Assembly: GCA_051892815.1 (NCBI GenBank) | Contig: JBJFGP010000160.1 | Location: 1-46,119, forward strand | Origin: Kiritimatiellia bacterium | GTDB taxonomy: Bacteria; Verrucomicrobiota; Kiritimatiellia; RFP12; DVOR01 | Direction: 5' to 3' | Length of the DNA stretch: 46,119 bases | Shown: in pieces, positions 17,531 through 26,406 of the stretch | Layout of the letters: each line of letters starts with the position of its first letter | Position numbering within the stretch: position 1 is the first letter of the stretch | Made by a program: the position numbers and the translations under genes | Notes under the pieces: generated by a model | Told to the model about the DNA's origin: nothing | The model's database searches: none | The model's input: the letters and a program-made list of their open reading frames with translations, nothing else

Positions 17531-19058
17531 GCTTCCTTCCTGCCCCATTGTCGCCCGGCCGATCCCAATCCGGCTCCGCCCCCAACCGTGCCGCCGTCAG
17601 CCGTAAAGCCTCGTCATTCCCCATAACCATTAAACTGTCTCCTGGCAACAACTCCGTATCCCCGTGCGGCACCACAAAGTCCGCCCCGCGCCTGACCAGC
17701 AGCACCAAAGCACCCTTCGGAAGATTCAAAGAGCAAATCGTCCGCGCCCCCGCTGCCTGCCCACCATCGACCTCCGGCAGTACGAACTCCCGCATCTCGT
17801 CCGCCTGCAACTGTCCCGTGTAGTCGAACTCCAGCGGGATGCGAACCTTAGGCTTGAGCGGCAGGTCCAGGTGGAGCCTCCGCGCCAAGGGCATAAGCGT
17901 CTTCCCCTGCAAAATGACCGAAAGCACGACAATCGTGAATACCGTCGTGAAGATCCCCTGCATTTCCGGCCGCGAGTCCCCAAAAGCCACAAGAGGAATC
18001 GTCGCCAGCATAATGGGAGCCCCGCCGCGCAAGCCCACCCATGAGACGAACAGGCGCTCGCGCCAGGTGTAGCTCCTGCCCAACAGGCAGAGATGCACCG
18101 CGGCAGGTCTTGAGACAAACATCAGGAAGAGTGCGATGGGCAAAGCGATATGCCAAGTCTCCAGCAGCTGCTTAGGCGTGACGAGCGCGCCAAGCACCGT
18201 AAAGAGCAGCACCTGCATCAGCCAGGCCATCGCGTCGTGGAACCTCCCGAAGCTGTTCTTGTAGATGAACCGCGAGTTTCCCATCACCAGACCGGCCACA
18301 TAGACGGCCATGAAGCCGTTTCCTCCAAAGGCTTCCGCCGCCGCGTAGATGAGCAGCACCGTGCCGATTCCGGTGACATAGTAGAGCCCGTCGTAGTCGT
18401 AGTCGATGCGGTTGACGACCCAAATAGCCGCGGCCGCAAGCAAGGCACCCACCGCCGTGCCGACGCCCATGGCCAGGCAGAAGGAGGGGAGTATCTCCCA
18501 GTAGCCCGAAGCGGCAGGTGCGCGTAGCATTCCGACCAGGAATAGGGTCAGGAAGGCGGCCATCGGGTCGTTCGAGCCGGACTCAAATTCGAGGAGGTTT
18601 TTCAGGCGGCTTTTGATGCTGACGCCAGAACCTCTGAGGATTGAGAATACGGCTGCGGCGTCGGTGGAGGAGACTATGGCGCCGACGAGAAAGCAGTCGG
18701 CGAAGGAGTCGTTCCGCTTGAGCGACCAGACGAAGAGGCCGGTAAAGAGGGCGGTCAGGAGCACGCCGACGGAGGAGAGGTAGAGTCCTCTTCCCAGGAC
18801 CGGCAGAATGGAACGCCACCGTGAATCGAAGCCTCCCGAAAAGAGGATGAAGGCCATCGCGACGGTGCCGAGGATGTTAGCAAATCCGCTTGTCAGAATC
18901 AAGGGGGAATTGCCGGGCAGGCTGCGCGCGAGCATGCCGACTCCGAGGAAGAGGAGCAGGACGGGGAGATTCAACCAGCCGGCCAGTTTGCTGGAGAAGG
19001 CGGCGACGAGGACAATGCCACCGAAGGCGGCGAGGGTAATCAGAAATACGGGGGACAT
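17424..19058 (-). CDS. nhaP2: K+/H+ antiporter of the NhaP2/CvrA (CPA1) family with a C-terminal TrkA-C domain
   Basis: GAIVSSTDAAAVFSILRG...LEFESGSNDPMAAFLT closely matches the CvrA/NhaP2 core. Start ATG 19058 lies 4 nt after the upstream stop. The 3' tail overlaps the comEC 3' end by 107 bp. Confidence 0.88.
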   Translation of the reverse strand: MSPVFLITLAAFGGIVLVAAFSSKLAGWLNLPVLLLFLGVGMLARSLPGNSPLILTSGFANILGTVAMAFILFSGGFDSRWRSILPVLGRGLYLSSVGVLLTALFTGLFVWSLKRNDSFADCFLVGAIVSSTDAAAVFSILRGSGVSIKSRLKNLLEFESGSNDPMAAFLTLFLVGMLRAPAASGYWEILPSFCLAMGVGTAVGALLAAAAIWVVNRIDYDYDGLYYVTGIGTVLLIYAAAEAFGGNGFMAVYVAGLVMGNSRFIYKNSFGRFHDAMAWLMQVLLFTVLGALVTPKQLLETWHIALPIALFLMFVSRPAAVHLCLLGRSYTWRERLFVSWVGLRGGAPIMLATIPLVAFGDSRPEMQGIFTTVFTIVVLSVILQGKTLMPLARRLHLDLPLKPKVRIPLEFDYTGQLQADEMREFVLPEVDGGQAAGARTICSLNLPKGALVLLVRRGADFVVPHGDTELLPGDSLMVMGNDEALRLTAARLGAEPDWDRPGDNGAGRKLRALWRRFRLRVRHVASSSAREANNRPEGQGREEP

Positions 19059-19062
19059 TTGG

Positions 19063-20466
19063 CTAGAGGTTGCGGAAGATTTGACCGGGGGCCGGGGCGA
19101 AGGGATTGGCTGCACCGTGGCGTCTGAGCAGGTCGACCATGGCGGCGGTCTTGTCCGGTTCGCCATGGATGGCGAAGGCGTGGCGGAGGGCGGGGCCGTT
19201 CAATTTGTCGAACCAGTTCATCAGGGCTGTTCGGTCGGCATGTGCGGAAAGGGCGTTGATGGTGTGTACGCGGGCTTCGAGGGGATAGGCGTCGCCGAGG
19301 ATGTTGACGGGTGTCTTGTGCTCGACGAGGCGGCGGCCTAGGGTGTTCTCGGCCTGGTAGCCGACGATGAGGACGATGTTTCTGGGGTTGGTGATGTTGT
19401 TGATGAGGTGATGGAGGATGCGTCCGCCTTCGCACATGCCGGAGGCGGAAATGATGATGAGGGGCCCTGGGCGCTTGGCGAGGGCTTTGGAGTCTTCGAC
19501 GCTTTCGGTGAATTCGAGGCCCGGGAGGCGGAAGGGGTCGTAGCCTTGGCGGAGGATGTCGGAGGCCGCTTCGTCGTAGCATTCGCGGTGATGGGCGTAG
19601 ATTCGGGTTGCCGCGAGGGAGAGTGGGCTGTCGACGACGACGGGGGTCAGCGGTATGCGTTTTTCGCGGAGGAGTTCGCCAAGGTAGTAGAGGATTTGCT
19701 GGGTTCTGCCGACGCTGAAGGCGGGGATGACGAGGCGGGAGCGCTGCTGGTGAATGTCTTCGACGAAGCCTTTGAGGCGGCCTTTGACATCGGCGAGCGG
19801 GGGGTGGTCCCGGTCGGCGTAGGTGCTCTCGATGAGGAGCACGTCGGGGGTGTCGGGAATGTCGTAGTCGCGGAGGATGGGCTGGTTGGGCTGGCCGAGG
19901 TCGCCGGTGAAGACGAGGCGGCGGTCGCGGGTTCCGGGGGTGGTGGCGATGAGTTCGGTGATGGCGGATCCGAGGATATGTCCGGCGTTGTGGAAGAGTC
20001 CGACGAGGCCGTCTGCGAGTTCGAAGGCGCGCTGTTTGGGTACGGGTTCGAAGAGGGAGAGGGTGCGGGCGACATCCTCTTCGGTGTAGAGCGGTTCGAA
20101 GAGGTTTTTGCCCTGGGCCTGGCGTTTGCGGTTGACGATTTCGAGTTCGGCGAGCTGGAGGTGGGCGGAGTCTCGGAGCATCACTTTGCAGAGGTCTGCG
20201 GTGGCTTCGGTGGTGTAGATTCGTCCGCGGAATCCGCCGCGCACGAGGGAGGGAATGTTGCCGCTGTGGTCGATGTGGGCGTGGGAGAGGATGACGGCGT
20301 CGATGGTCTTGGGGTCGAGGCCCAGGCGGCGGTTGCGCTCGAAGGCTTCCTTGCGGTGTCCCTGGAAGAGGCCGCAGTCCAGAAGTATCCGTTTGCCTTT
20401 GACTTCGACCAGATGCATCGATCCGGTGGTGGTCTGGGCGGCTCCGAGAAAGGTCAGATTGAACAT
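19063..20466 (-). CDS. MBL-fold beta-CASP family RNA-metabolising hydrolase
   Basis: HAHIDHSG is the MBL motif, followed by beta-CASP-like downstream regions. ATG 20466 is preceded by AAGGAGGAAATT. The 115-codon upstream extension in the track runs through the repeat array and is rejected. Confidence 0.85.
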   Translation of the reverse strand: MFNLTFLGAAQTTTGSMHLVEVKGKRILLDCGLFQGHRKEAFERNRRLGLDPKTIDAVILSHAHIDHSGNIPSLVRGGFRGRIYTTEATADLCKVMLRDSAHLQLAELEIVNRKRQAQGKNLFEPLYTEEDVARTLSLFEPVPKQRAFELADGLVGLFHNAGHILGSAITELIATTPGTRDRRLVFTGDLGQPNQPILRDYDIPDTPDVLLIESTYADRDHPPLADVKGRLKGFVEDIHQQRSRLVIPAFSVGRTQQILYYLGELLREKRIPLTPVVVDSPLSLAATRIYAHHRECYDEAASDILRQGYDPFRLPGLEFTESVEDSKALAKRPGPLIIISASGMCEGGRILHHLINNITNPRNIVLIVGYQAENTLGRRLVEHKTPVNILGDAYPLEARVHTINALSAHADRTALMNWFDKLNGPALRHAFAIHGEPDKTAAMVDLLRRHGAANPFAPAPGQIFRNL

Positions 20467-20514
20467 AATTTCCTCCTTCGGTCTGGTGGCGGGACGATTC
20501 CTTCCACTGCCCGA

Positions 20515-20543
20515 AGTGTAGCAGTTTTCGCGCCCGAAATCAA
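20515..20543 (-). promoter_or_regulatory. Sigma70-like promoter for the MBL/beta-CASP and antiporter genes
   Basis: On the minus strand, -35 TTGATT is at 20543-20538, the spacer is 17 nt, and -10 TACACT is at 20520-20515. Confidence 0.5.
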
Positions 20544-20584
20544 CCCCGATGTGCCCGCGCGGGGGGAGGAAGATCGGACGCGGA

Positions 20585-20699
20585 AAGGTTGGCACGAATG
20601 GGGACGGAAGGTTGCCACCTCCGGGGGCGTCTGGTAGGCAGGGAGGGATGCCAAAGGTGCCTACCTGCCGAGGCGGCGGGTAGGCAGGTTTTCGTTGCG
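20585..20699. repeat. 23-bp-phased repeat array R6 (5 units, mixed core orientation)
   Basis: The anchors are 20594 (ggttggcACGA), 20617 (ggttgccACCTCC), 20640 (ggtaggcAGGG), 20663 (ggtgccTACCTgcc) and 20686 (ggtaggcAGGT). The array lies between divergent -35 boxes at 20543 and 20695. Confidence 0.85.
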
Positions 20700-20723
20700 C
20701 CGGCGCGGCGGAAGTGGTAGACT
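20695..20723 (+). promoter_or_regulatory. Sigma70-like promoter for the GH106-like gene
   Basis: -35 TTGCGC is at 20695-20700. After a 17-nt spacer comes the TG-extended -10 TGgTAGACT, hexamer at 20718-20723. Confidence 0.5.
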
Positions 20724-20765
20724 GGCAAAGTCCGTTTCCTGCCGCGCCCTCGCTGGAGCCGTCCG

Positions 20766-23177
20766 ATGAAAAACCTCTTGCTCGCCCTGATTCCCCTCTC
20801 CCTCCTGGCATCCCCCGAACCGACCCCGGCCGACCGATTCCGCCATCCGCCGAGCGAGGCGCACGCGGGCGTTTGGTGGCATTGGATGGGGGCGAACGTG
20901 ACCCGGGAAGGCATCGAAAAGGATCTCGAATATTTCCGCCAGATGGGCATCACCAGCGCCACCATTTTCGGACTTTCCGACTCCTGCACCCCATGGGCGT
21001 ACGACATACCCAATCCGCCCGGCGGGCCCTTGACCGCCTACACCCCCAAGTGGTGGGAGTTCGTCCGCCTCGCCGCCGAAAAAGGCCGCGCCCTGGGCAT
21101 CGACATCGGCGTGCACAACTGCCCCGGCTACACCACCGCAGGCGGTCCCTGGGTCACCCCGCAAGAGGCGATGCGCGAACTCTGCTTCTCGAAAACCGCC
21201 TTCGCCTCTACCGGCGGCCTCGCCCGCGTCCCGCTCCCCCTCCCGCGCCCATCCTCCGCGCCGCGCGCCCCCTATCCCGTCCACAACCCCGAGACCGGAC
21301 GCATCGAGAAACCCGCCTGCCCCAGCCGCACCAACGACCTCCAATTCGTCACCCTCCTCGCCTTTCCCGCACGCAACCCGACCCCGCAGAGCGTCCAGGC
21401 AATCCCACACGCCTACGACCTCCAAACCCAACACGCCACGGTTGCACTTCCCCCCGGAGATTGGAACCTTCTGCTGGTCCTGCATATCCCCACCGGCTCC
21501 TTCACCCAGCCAAACCAATGGCGCGCCTTCGGACTCGAATGCGACAAAATGAGCCAATCCGCCGTCCTCCACCATCTCGACCACCTCCTGCGCAGTATGA
21601 AGGCCGCACTCGGCAATCTCGTCGGCGACGGACTCAACCACATCCTTATCGACAGCTACGAGGCAGGCCCTCAAAACTGGACGCCCCTCATGCCCGAAGA
21701 ATTCCGCCGCCTGCGCGGCTACGACCTCATCCCCTGGCTGCCCGCCCTCGCCGGATTCGACCTCGGCACAAAAGAAGAGATGGCAACCTTCCACCGCGAC
21801 TTCGACCGCACCATCCGAGACCTCTTCAGAGACCGATTCTACCGGACCGTCGCCGAGAAACTCCACCAGGAAGGCCTTCAACTCGCCTGCGAACCCTACA
21901 CCGGACCATTCCAGACCGAAGAACTCATCCCCTTCATCGATAGGCCCATGACCGAGTTCTGGAGCCATACCAATGCCCTCACGAGAGCCCCAGGAAAACT
22001 CAACTGGAATACCGCCAAAACCATCGAAGCCGAAGCCTTCACCGCCGCCCCCGAAAACGCCCGCTGGGACGAAACCCCTTGGAGCCTCAAGGCCTCTGGA
22101 GATGCACAATTCGCCCGCGGAGTCTCCCGCCTCATACTCCATTCCAACCCACTCCAGCCCTGGCCCGAACACATCCTTCCGGGCATTTCCATGGGACGAT
22201 GGGGCACCCACTTCGGACGCACCCAGACCTGGTCCAAGCACGCCAAAGCCTGGTTCGATTACCTCGCCCGCTGCCAATCCCTGCTCCAATGGGGCGCCGA
22301 AGCCGACAACCCGCCCTGCTCCTCCCAACCGTGGAATACCCCCCTTGGAATCCGCACGCGGACCAACTCGCTCTACACCGTCTGCTTCCTTTCCAACGGC
22401 TCCGACAAGCCCCTCCAAACCACCCTCAAGATTCCCTCCAACCAAGCAGTCGACTGGTTCGAGCCCGTCGGCGGCACCATTCGCAAAGCACGCCCCGCCC
22501 CTGACGGTTGGCTGACCATAAGCCTCTTCCCGCGCCAGAGCGGCTTCATCGTCTACGGCCCCGACAGCCACGCCGATGCGAACCTCTCGCCCCTTGGCGC
22601 GGAAACCAGCCGCCCCCCGATTGACGTGAGAGGGCCCTGGCAAATCACCTTCCAAAGCCCCCTCCACGAGCCCACCTCCCGCAGCGGCGGGCTCTTTGAC
22701 TGGACTACCTCAGAAAGCCCCGAAATCCGCTACTTCAGCGGCACCGCCCGTTACCAGACTGCCTTCGACTACCCCGAAGAGCCGGATGCCAGCGAACACT
22801 GGATCAGCCTTGGAAACATCTCCGGACATACCGCCGCCGTCACCCTCAACGGCACCTTCTGCGGCATCGTCTGGTGTGCTCCTTGGCGCGTCGCAATCCC
22901 CAACGGCGCACTCAAGAAGGGGGGCAACAAACTCGTCGTTGAATACGCCAATGTCTGGGCGAACCGGCTTATCGGCGACACGCTCGAACCCGAAGATTGC
23001 CAGTGGATTCAAGCGCCCTATTCCGGCGGATTCTATCTAGCCCGCTTCCCCGACTGGTTCGTCAACGGCACCCCGCGTCCTTCGCAGGGTCGGCGCTGTT
23101 TCACGACCTGGAACTACTTCACTTCCAAGAGCCCGCTCGTGCCGTCTGGTCTCATTGGTCCGGTCCGGATCGAGTGA
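20766..23177 (+). CDS. Secreted glycoside hydrolase, GH106-like (alpha-L-rhamnosidase-like family with a C-terminal jelly-roll sugar-binding domain)
   Basis: After a signal peptide, the N-terminal VWWHWMGANVTREGIEKDLEYFRQMGI and the C-terminal LNGTFCGIVWCAPWRV...GGNKLVVEYANVWANRLIGD resemble that family. Family assignment is from memory and has not been searched. Confidence 0.7.
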   Translation: MKNLLLALIPLSLLASPEPTPADRFRHPPSEAHAGVWWHWMGANVTREGIEKDLEYFRQMGITSATIFGLSDSCTPWAYDIPNPPGGPLTAYTPKWWEFVRLAAEKGRALGIDIGVHNCPGYTTAGGPWVTPQEAMRELCFSKTAFASTGGLARVPLPLPRPSSAPRAPYPVHNPETGRIEKPACPSRTNDLQFVTLLAFPARNPTPQSVQAIPHAYDLQTQHATVALPPGDWNLLLVLHIPTGSFTQPNQWRAFGLECDKMSQSAVLHHLDHLLRSMKAALGNLVGDGLNHILIDSYEAGPQNWTPLMPEEFRRLRGYDLIPWLPALAGFDLGTKEEMATFHRDFDRTIRDLFRDRFYRTVAEKLHQEGLQLACEPYTGPFQTEELIPFIDRPMTEFWSHTNALTRAPGKLNWNTAKTIEAEAFTAAPENARWDETPWSLKASGDAQFARGVSRLILHSNPLQPWPEHILPGISMGRWGTHFGRTQTWSKHAKAWFDYLARCQSLLQWGAEADNPPCSSQPWNTPLGIRTRTNSLYTVCFLSNGSDKPLQTTLKIPSNQAVDWFEPVGGTIRKARPAPDGWLTISLFPRQSGFIVYGPDSHADANLSPLGAETSRPPIDVRGPWQITFQSPLHEPTSRSGGLFDWTTSESPEIRYFSGTARYQTAFDYPEEPDASEHWISLGNISGHTAAVTLNGTFCGIVWCAPWRVAIPNGALKKGGNKLVVEYANVWANRLIGDTLEPEDCQWIQAPYSGGFYLARFPDWFVNGTPRPSQGRRCFTTWNYFTSKSPLVPSGLIGPVRIE

Positions 23178-23220
23178 ACCCGCCGGGGAAGAATCTGCGC
23201 TTTCCCCCTTTCCGGAAATA

Positions 23221-23229
23221 TGGTAGAAT
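23221..23229 (+). promoter_or_regulatory. Extended -10 promoter element (TGgTAGAAT) for nadD
   Basis: TGgTAGAAT ends 9 nt before ATG 23239, so the leader would be only about 2-3 nt. The same TATGGTAGAATG 12-mer recurs at 33043-33054. Confidence 0.45.
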
Positions 23230-23238
23230 GGCTCGCAA

Positions 23239-23757
23239 ATGAACATTGGACTACTAGGAGGTTCTTTCGACCCGGCGCACCGAGGGCATCTGCTGATGGC
23301 GGAGGAGTCCTTGCTTCGTTGCGGGCTGGACGAGGTTTGGTTTGTCCCCTGCGCCCACCAACCGCTCAAGCCGAATGGTCCACACCATACGCCCGAAAGC
23401 CGCCTGGAAAGCATCCGCAAACTCATCAAGGGCAATCCCAAACTCAAACTCAGTCTCATCGACTGGAACCGCCAAGGCCCGTGCTACACGGTCGACTGGC
23501 TTTCGGAGCTGGTGCAAAGCCGCCCCGGCGACCGGTTCTACTTTATTCTCGGGATGGATTCCGTGCGCGATTTGCCCAAATGGAAAGACCCCGGGCGCAT
23601 CTTCTCGCTTGCACGCCCCATCCTCTTTGAGCGCCCAGGTTTTGAGCATCCGGAGTCAATGCCCTACTTCACTCATTCCCCCATCATCCTGCCGGCGGTG
23701 TCCAGCCTCAGTTCCACGCAAATCCGCCGGCAGGCCCAACAGGAGACAACCCAATGA
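23239..23757 (+). CDS. nadD: Nicotinate-nucleotide adenylyltransferase
   Basis: GLLGGSFDPAHRGHL is the (H/T)xGH nucleotidyltransferase motif, and SSTQIR lies near the C-terminus. Confidence 0.9.
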   Translation: MNIGLLGGSFDPAHRGHLLMAEESLLRCGLDEVWFVPCAHQPLKPNGPHHTPESRLESIRKLIKGNPKLKLSLIDWNRQGPCYTVDWLSELVQSRPGDRFYFILGMDSVRDLPKWKDPGRIFSLARPILFERPGFEHPESMPYFTHSPIILPAVSSLSSTQIRRQAQQETTQ

Positions 23758-24311
23758 CAGCCGAAGAACTAGCCCGCGCCATCGCCTCCGCCCTTGAAGA
23801 GAAGGGCGGGGTGGACATCAAGGTCATCGATTTGCGCGGCGCCTCGCCCATCACCGACTACTGTGTCATCGCCACCGGCACTTCCGCCCCGAACCTCAAG
23901 GCGCTCGCGACGCAGACCGCCAACACCGTCCGCCAGTGCGGCAGCCAGATTCACCGCACCAACGGCGATTCCGAGAGCGGATGGCTGGTCATCGACTGCT
24001 TCGATGTCATCGTCCACGTCTTCACCGCCGAGGCCCGGACCTACTACGCCATCGAACGCCTCTGGGACAAGGCGCGCCAACTGGCCGCCGCACCGCTCGA
24101 AGACGCCCCCGGCAAACCCGCCGCCCCGGCGCCGGCCGCGACCGAACCCGAAAGCCCCACGGCGCGCGCCGACCTTCTTATCAACCTCCAGATCTCAGGC
24201 GTTGCTTTGTCCGAGACCGATCGCAAGCTAATCACAGAGGGCATTCCTGTCAACCAGTGGCCCGAAGAGCTGCGTACCAAAGCCCGCCCCTTTTTGCACA
24301 CCATCCGCTGA
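23754..24311 (+). CDS. rsfS: Ribosome silencing factor RsfS (iojap) with a C-terminal extension of about 70 aa
   Basis: DIKVIDLRGASPITDYCVIATGTS...WLVIDCFDVIVHVFTAEARTYYAIERLW is the RsfS core. The start overlaps the nadD stop as ATGA and is preceded by AGGAGA. Confidence 0.88.
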   Translation: MTAEELARAIASALEEKGGVDIKVIDLRGASPITDYCVIATGTSAPNLKALATQTANTVRQCGSQIHRTNGDSESGWLVIDCFDVIVHVFTAEARTYYAIERLWDKARQLAAAPLEDAPGKPAAPAPAATEPESPTARADLLINLQISGVALSETDRKLITEGIPVNQWPEELRTKARPFLHTIR

Positions 24312-24316
24312 GCCCC

Positions 24317-25174
24317 ATGGCATCCATCCGAGTCGCCCAGCCGCACGGATTCTGCGCGGGGGTTGCCAGGGCCCTGAGGATTGCCGACGAAGCCCTGCGC
24401 GCAAACGCCGCCGTCTGGTGCCTCCACGCCATCGTCCACAACACCCATGTCGTCGATCAGCTCACGGCGCGGGGCATGCGCTTCGTCGAGACCCTCGGCG
24501 AGGTTCCAGACGGAGCCGTCGTGCTCTTCTCGGCACATGGCGTGCCGCCGGCCATCCGGCTCGAAGCCGCCCGCAAACACCTCCAGGTCATCGACGCCAC
24601 CTGCCCCTTTGTCGACAAAGTCCACCGCGAAGTCGCAGCCTTCGCCCAAAACGGTTCGACCGTACTCTGCATCGGGAATCCCGCCCATGCCGAAGTCGTC
24701 GGAGTCGCAGGAGAAGCCCCCGGATCTTTCCACGCCATCGCCACCGAAAAGGAAGCCCTGAGCGTACCGGTCACCAACCCCGAACGCGTCGCCGTTGTCA
24801 CCCAAACCACCATTTCCGCCCAACTCGCCGACCGACTGCTGACCATCCTCCGCCGCCGTTTTCCCCACCTCCAGGAGCCCCGACAAGCCGACATATGCAC
24901 CGCCACGAGGGAACGCCAAGAGGCCGTCGCACGCTTGGCCGCAGAGACAGATCTGGTCATCGTCCTGGGCAGTCCTGCCAGTTCTAACAGCCGACGCCTG
25001 GCCGAATGCGCCCAGTCAAAAGGCACACCCGCCGTGCTCGTCGATTCCCTGGACCAACTGGATCAAATGCCTTTGCCAGAACGGATTGGGTTGACCTCCG
25101 GCGCCTCGACTCCTGAGGACTTCCTGCTGGCGGCAAAGGCACGCCTGGAGACGATTGGAGGGCAGGTTCAATGA
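24317..25174 (+). CDS. ispH: 4-hydroxy-3-methylbut-2-enyl diphosphate reductase
   Basis: GFCAGVARAL, ATCPFV and SSNS motifs are present. ATG 24317 gives a typical 285-aa IspH; the upstream part of the track ORF is rejected. Confidence 0.9.
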   Translation: MASIRVAQPHGFCAGVARALRIADEALRANAAVWCLHAIVHNTHVVDQLTARGMRFVETLGEVPDGAVVLFSAHGVPPAIRLEAARKHLQVIDATCPFVDKVHREVAAFAQNGSTVLCIGNPAHAEVVGVAGEAPGSFHAIATEKEALSVPVTNPERVAVVTQTTISAQLADRLLTILRRRFPHLQEPRQADICTATRERQEAVARLAAETDLVIVLGSPASSNSRRLAECAQSKGTPAVLVDSLDQLDQMPLPERIGLTSGASTPEDFLLAAKARLETIGGQVQ

Positions 25175-26406
25175 CACCGCAATGGACGATCGAGCGCAAA
25201 AGAGACGGATTCGAACTCTCCGAAGGTGAACTCCGGGACTTCGTCAAAGGCATAACCGACGGAACCGTTTCGGACGCCCAGACGGCAGCCTTCGCTATGG
25301 CCGTCTTCATCCGGGGAATGTCCGACCGCGAGACGGCAACATTGACAGACGCCATGATGCATTCAGGGCAGGTTCTAGACCTCTCCCAATGCCCCCGCCC
25401 GACAGTGGACAAGCATTCGACAGGAGGTATCGGCGACAAAATCTCCATCCCCTTGGCGCCCTTGTGCGCCGCCTGCGGATTGGCTGTCCCGATGGTGGCA
25501 GGCAGAGGTCTCGGACTGACAGGGGGGACTATCGACAAGCTCGAATCCATCCAAGGTTTCCGGACAAACCTGCCTTTGACGGAGTTCCGGAGATTGGTAT
25601 CAAACGTCCCCTTTTGCGCCATTATCGCGCAGACACCGGAACTTGCTCCGGCGGACGGTCGTCTCTATGCCATACGGGACACGACGGGTTCGGTTCAGAG
25701 CATTCCGTTGATTACGGCGAGCATTCTCTCTAAGAAGCTGGCGGAGGGGGCAGAGTCTATCGTTTTCGACGTGAAGTACGGTCGAGGGGCGTTCATGCCG
25801 ACTTTGGATCGGGGGCGGGAGTTGGGCGAATCGCTCCGGCGGATTGCGGAGGAATTGGGGCGAAAGGTGGACATCCGCCTGACGCCAATGGATGTTCCGC
25901 ACGGGCGAACGGTCGGCAATGCGCCGGAGGTTCGGGAGGCTATCGAGGTGCTCAAAGGTGGCGGTCCGGCGGATGTGCGGGAACTAACCTTGGACTTGGC
26001 GCGAAGGATGCTGCGCCTATCGGGGATGGGCGGGATCGAGCCGGAAAGGTTCCTTGACGACGGGCGGGCGTATGAGACTTTCGAGCGGCTTTGCCGGGCG
26101 CAAGGTGGGGTGTGGCCTATCCACCTTCCGGAGGCAAGGTTCGTATCTCCGCTGCCGGCGGAGGCGAGCGGCAGGGTCGAGGAGGTGGATGCGGCGGCGA
26201 TTGGCCGAGGGGTTCTTCTGCTGGGGGCGGGGCGCAGGAAGCCGGGGGATTCGGTGGATCTTTCGGCGGGGATTTCTGGGTTGGTGCGGCCGGGCGAACG
26301 GGTTGAAAAGGGGCAGGCGCTGTTGATGGTCGAGACGGCTTGCGAGGCGCGATTCCGGGAAGCGGAGGGGTATCTGCGCGGGGCGTTCAAGGTGGTTCCG
26401 GAGTGA
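25171..26406 (+). CDS. deoA: Thymidine / pyrimidine-nucleoside phosphorylase
   Basis: VDKHSTGGIGDK and GRGLGLTGGTIDKLESI motifs are present. The start overlaps the ispH stop as ATGA, with GGAGGG upstream. Confidence 0.9.
   Translation: MTPQWTIERKRDGFELSEGELRDFVKGITDGTVSDAQTAAFAMAVFIRGMSDRETATLTDAMMHSGQVLDLSQCPRPTVDKHSTGGIGDKISIPLAPLCAACGLAVPMVAGRGLGLTGGTIDKLESIQGFRTNLPLTEFRRLVSNVPFCAIIAQTPELAPADGRLYAIRDTTGSVQSIPLITASILSKKLAEGAESIVFDVKYGRGAFMPTLDRGRELGESLRRIAEELGRKVDIRLTPMDVPHGRTVGNAPEVREAIEVLKGGGPADVRELTLDLARRMLRLSGMGGIEPERFLDDGRAYETFERLCRAQGGVWPIHLPEARFVSPLPAEASGRVEEVDAAAIGRGVLLLGAGRRKPGDSVDLSAGISGLVRPGERVEKGQALLMVETACEARFREAEGYLRGAFKVVPE

Noticed and set aside
16150-17823. 557-aa ORF in an alternative frame over comEC
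   Set aside because: The product is extremely Arg/Pro-rich and low-complexity, with no start context. It lies entirely over a gene with a clear ComEC signature. This is a typical high-GC shadow ORF.
944-20622. Arrays as anti-Shine-Dalgarno mimics (ACCTCC) or, on the other strand, SD decoys (GGAGGT)
   Set aside because: Only 8 of about 41 units contain an exact ACCTCC, at 944, 4655, 4678, 6530, 6553, 12845, 12891 and 20617. R7, R8, R9 and R10 have none. The conserved part is ACCT-Y-C plus the upstream GCC, so the resemblance to the 16S 3' end is partial. I keep it only as a side note.
20467-20811. 115-codon N-terminal extension of the MBL/beta-CASP ORF given in the track
   Set aside because: The extension reads through repeat array R6 and a predicted promoter and has no conserved content. 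ATG 20466 has a strong AAGGAGG site, and the conserved MBL fold begins immediately after it.
20661-22667. 668-aa minus-strand ORF antisense to the GH106-like gene
   Set aside because: The product is Gly/Ala/Glu/Val-rich, as expected for an antisense translation of a GC-rich gene, and has no recognisable domain. The plus-strand gene has a signal peptide, a promoter and family motifs.
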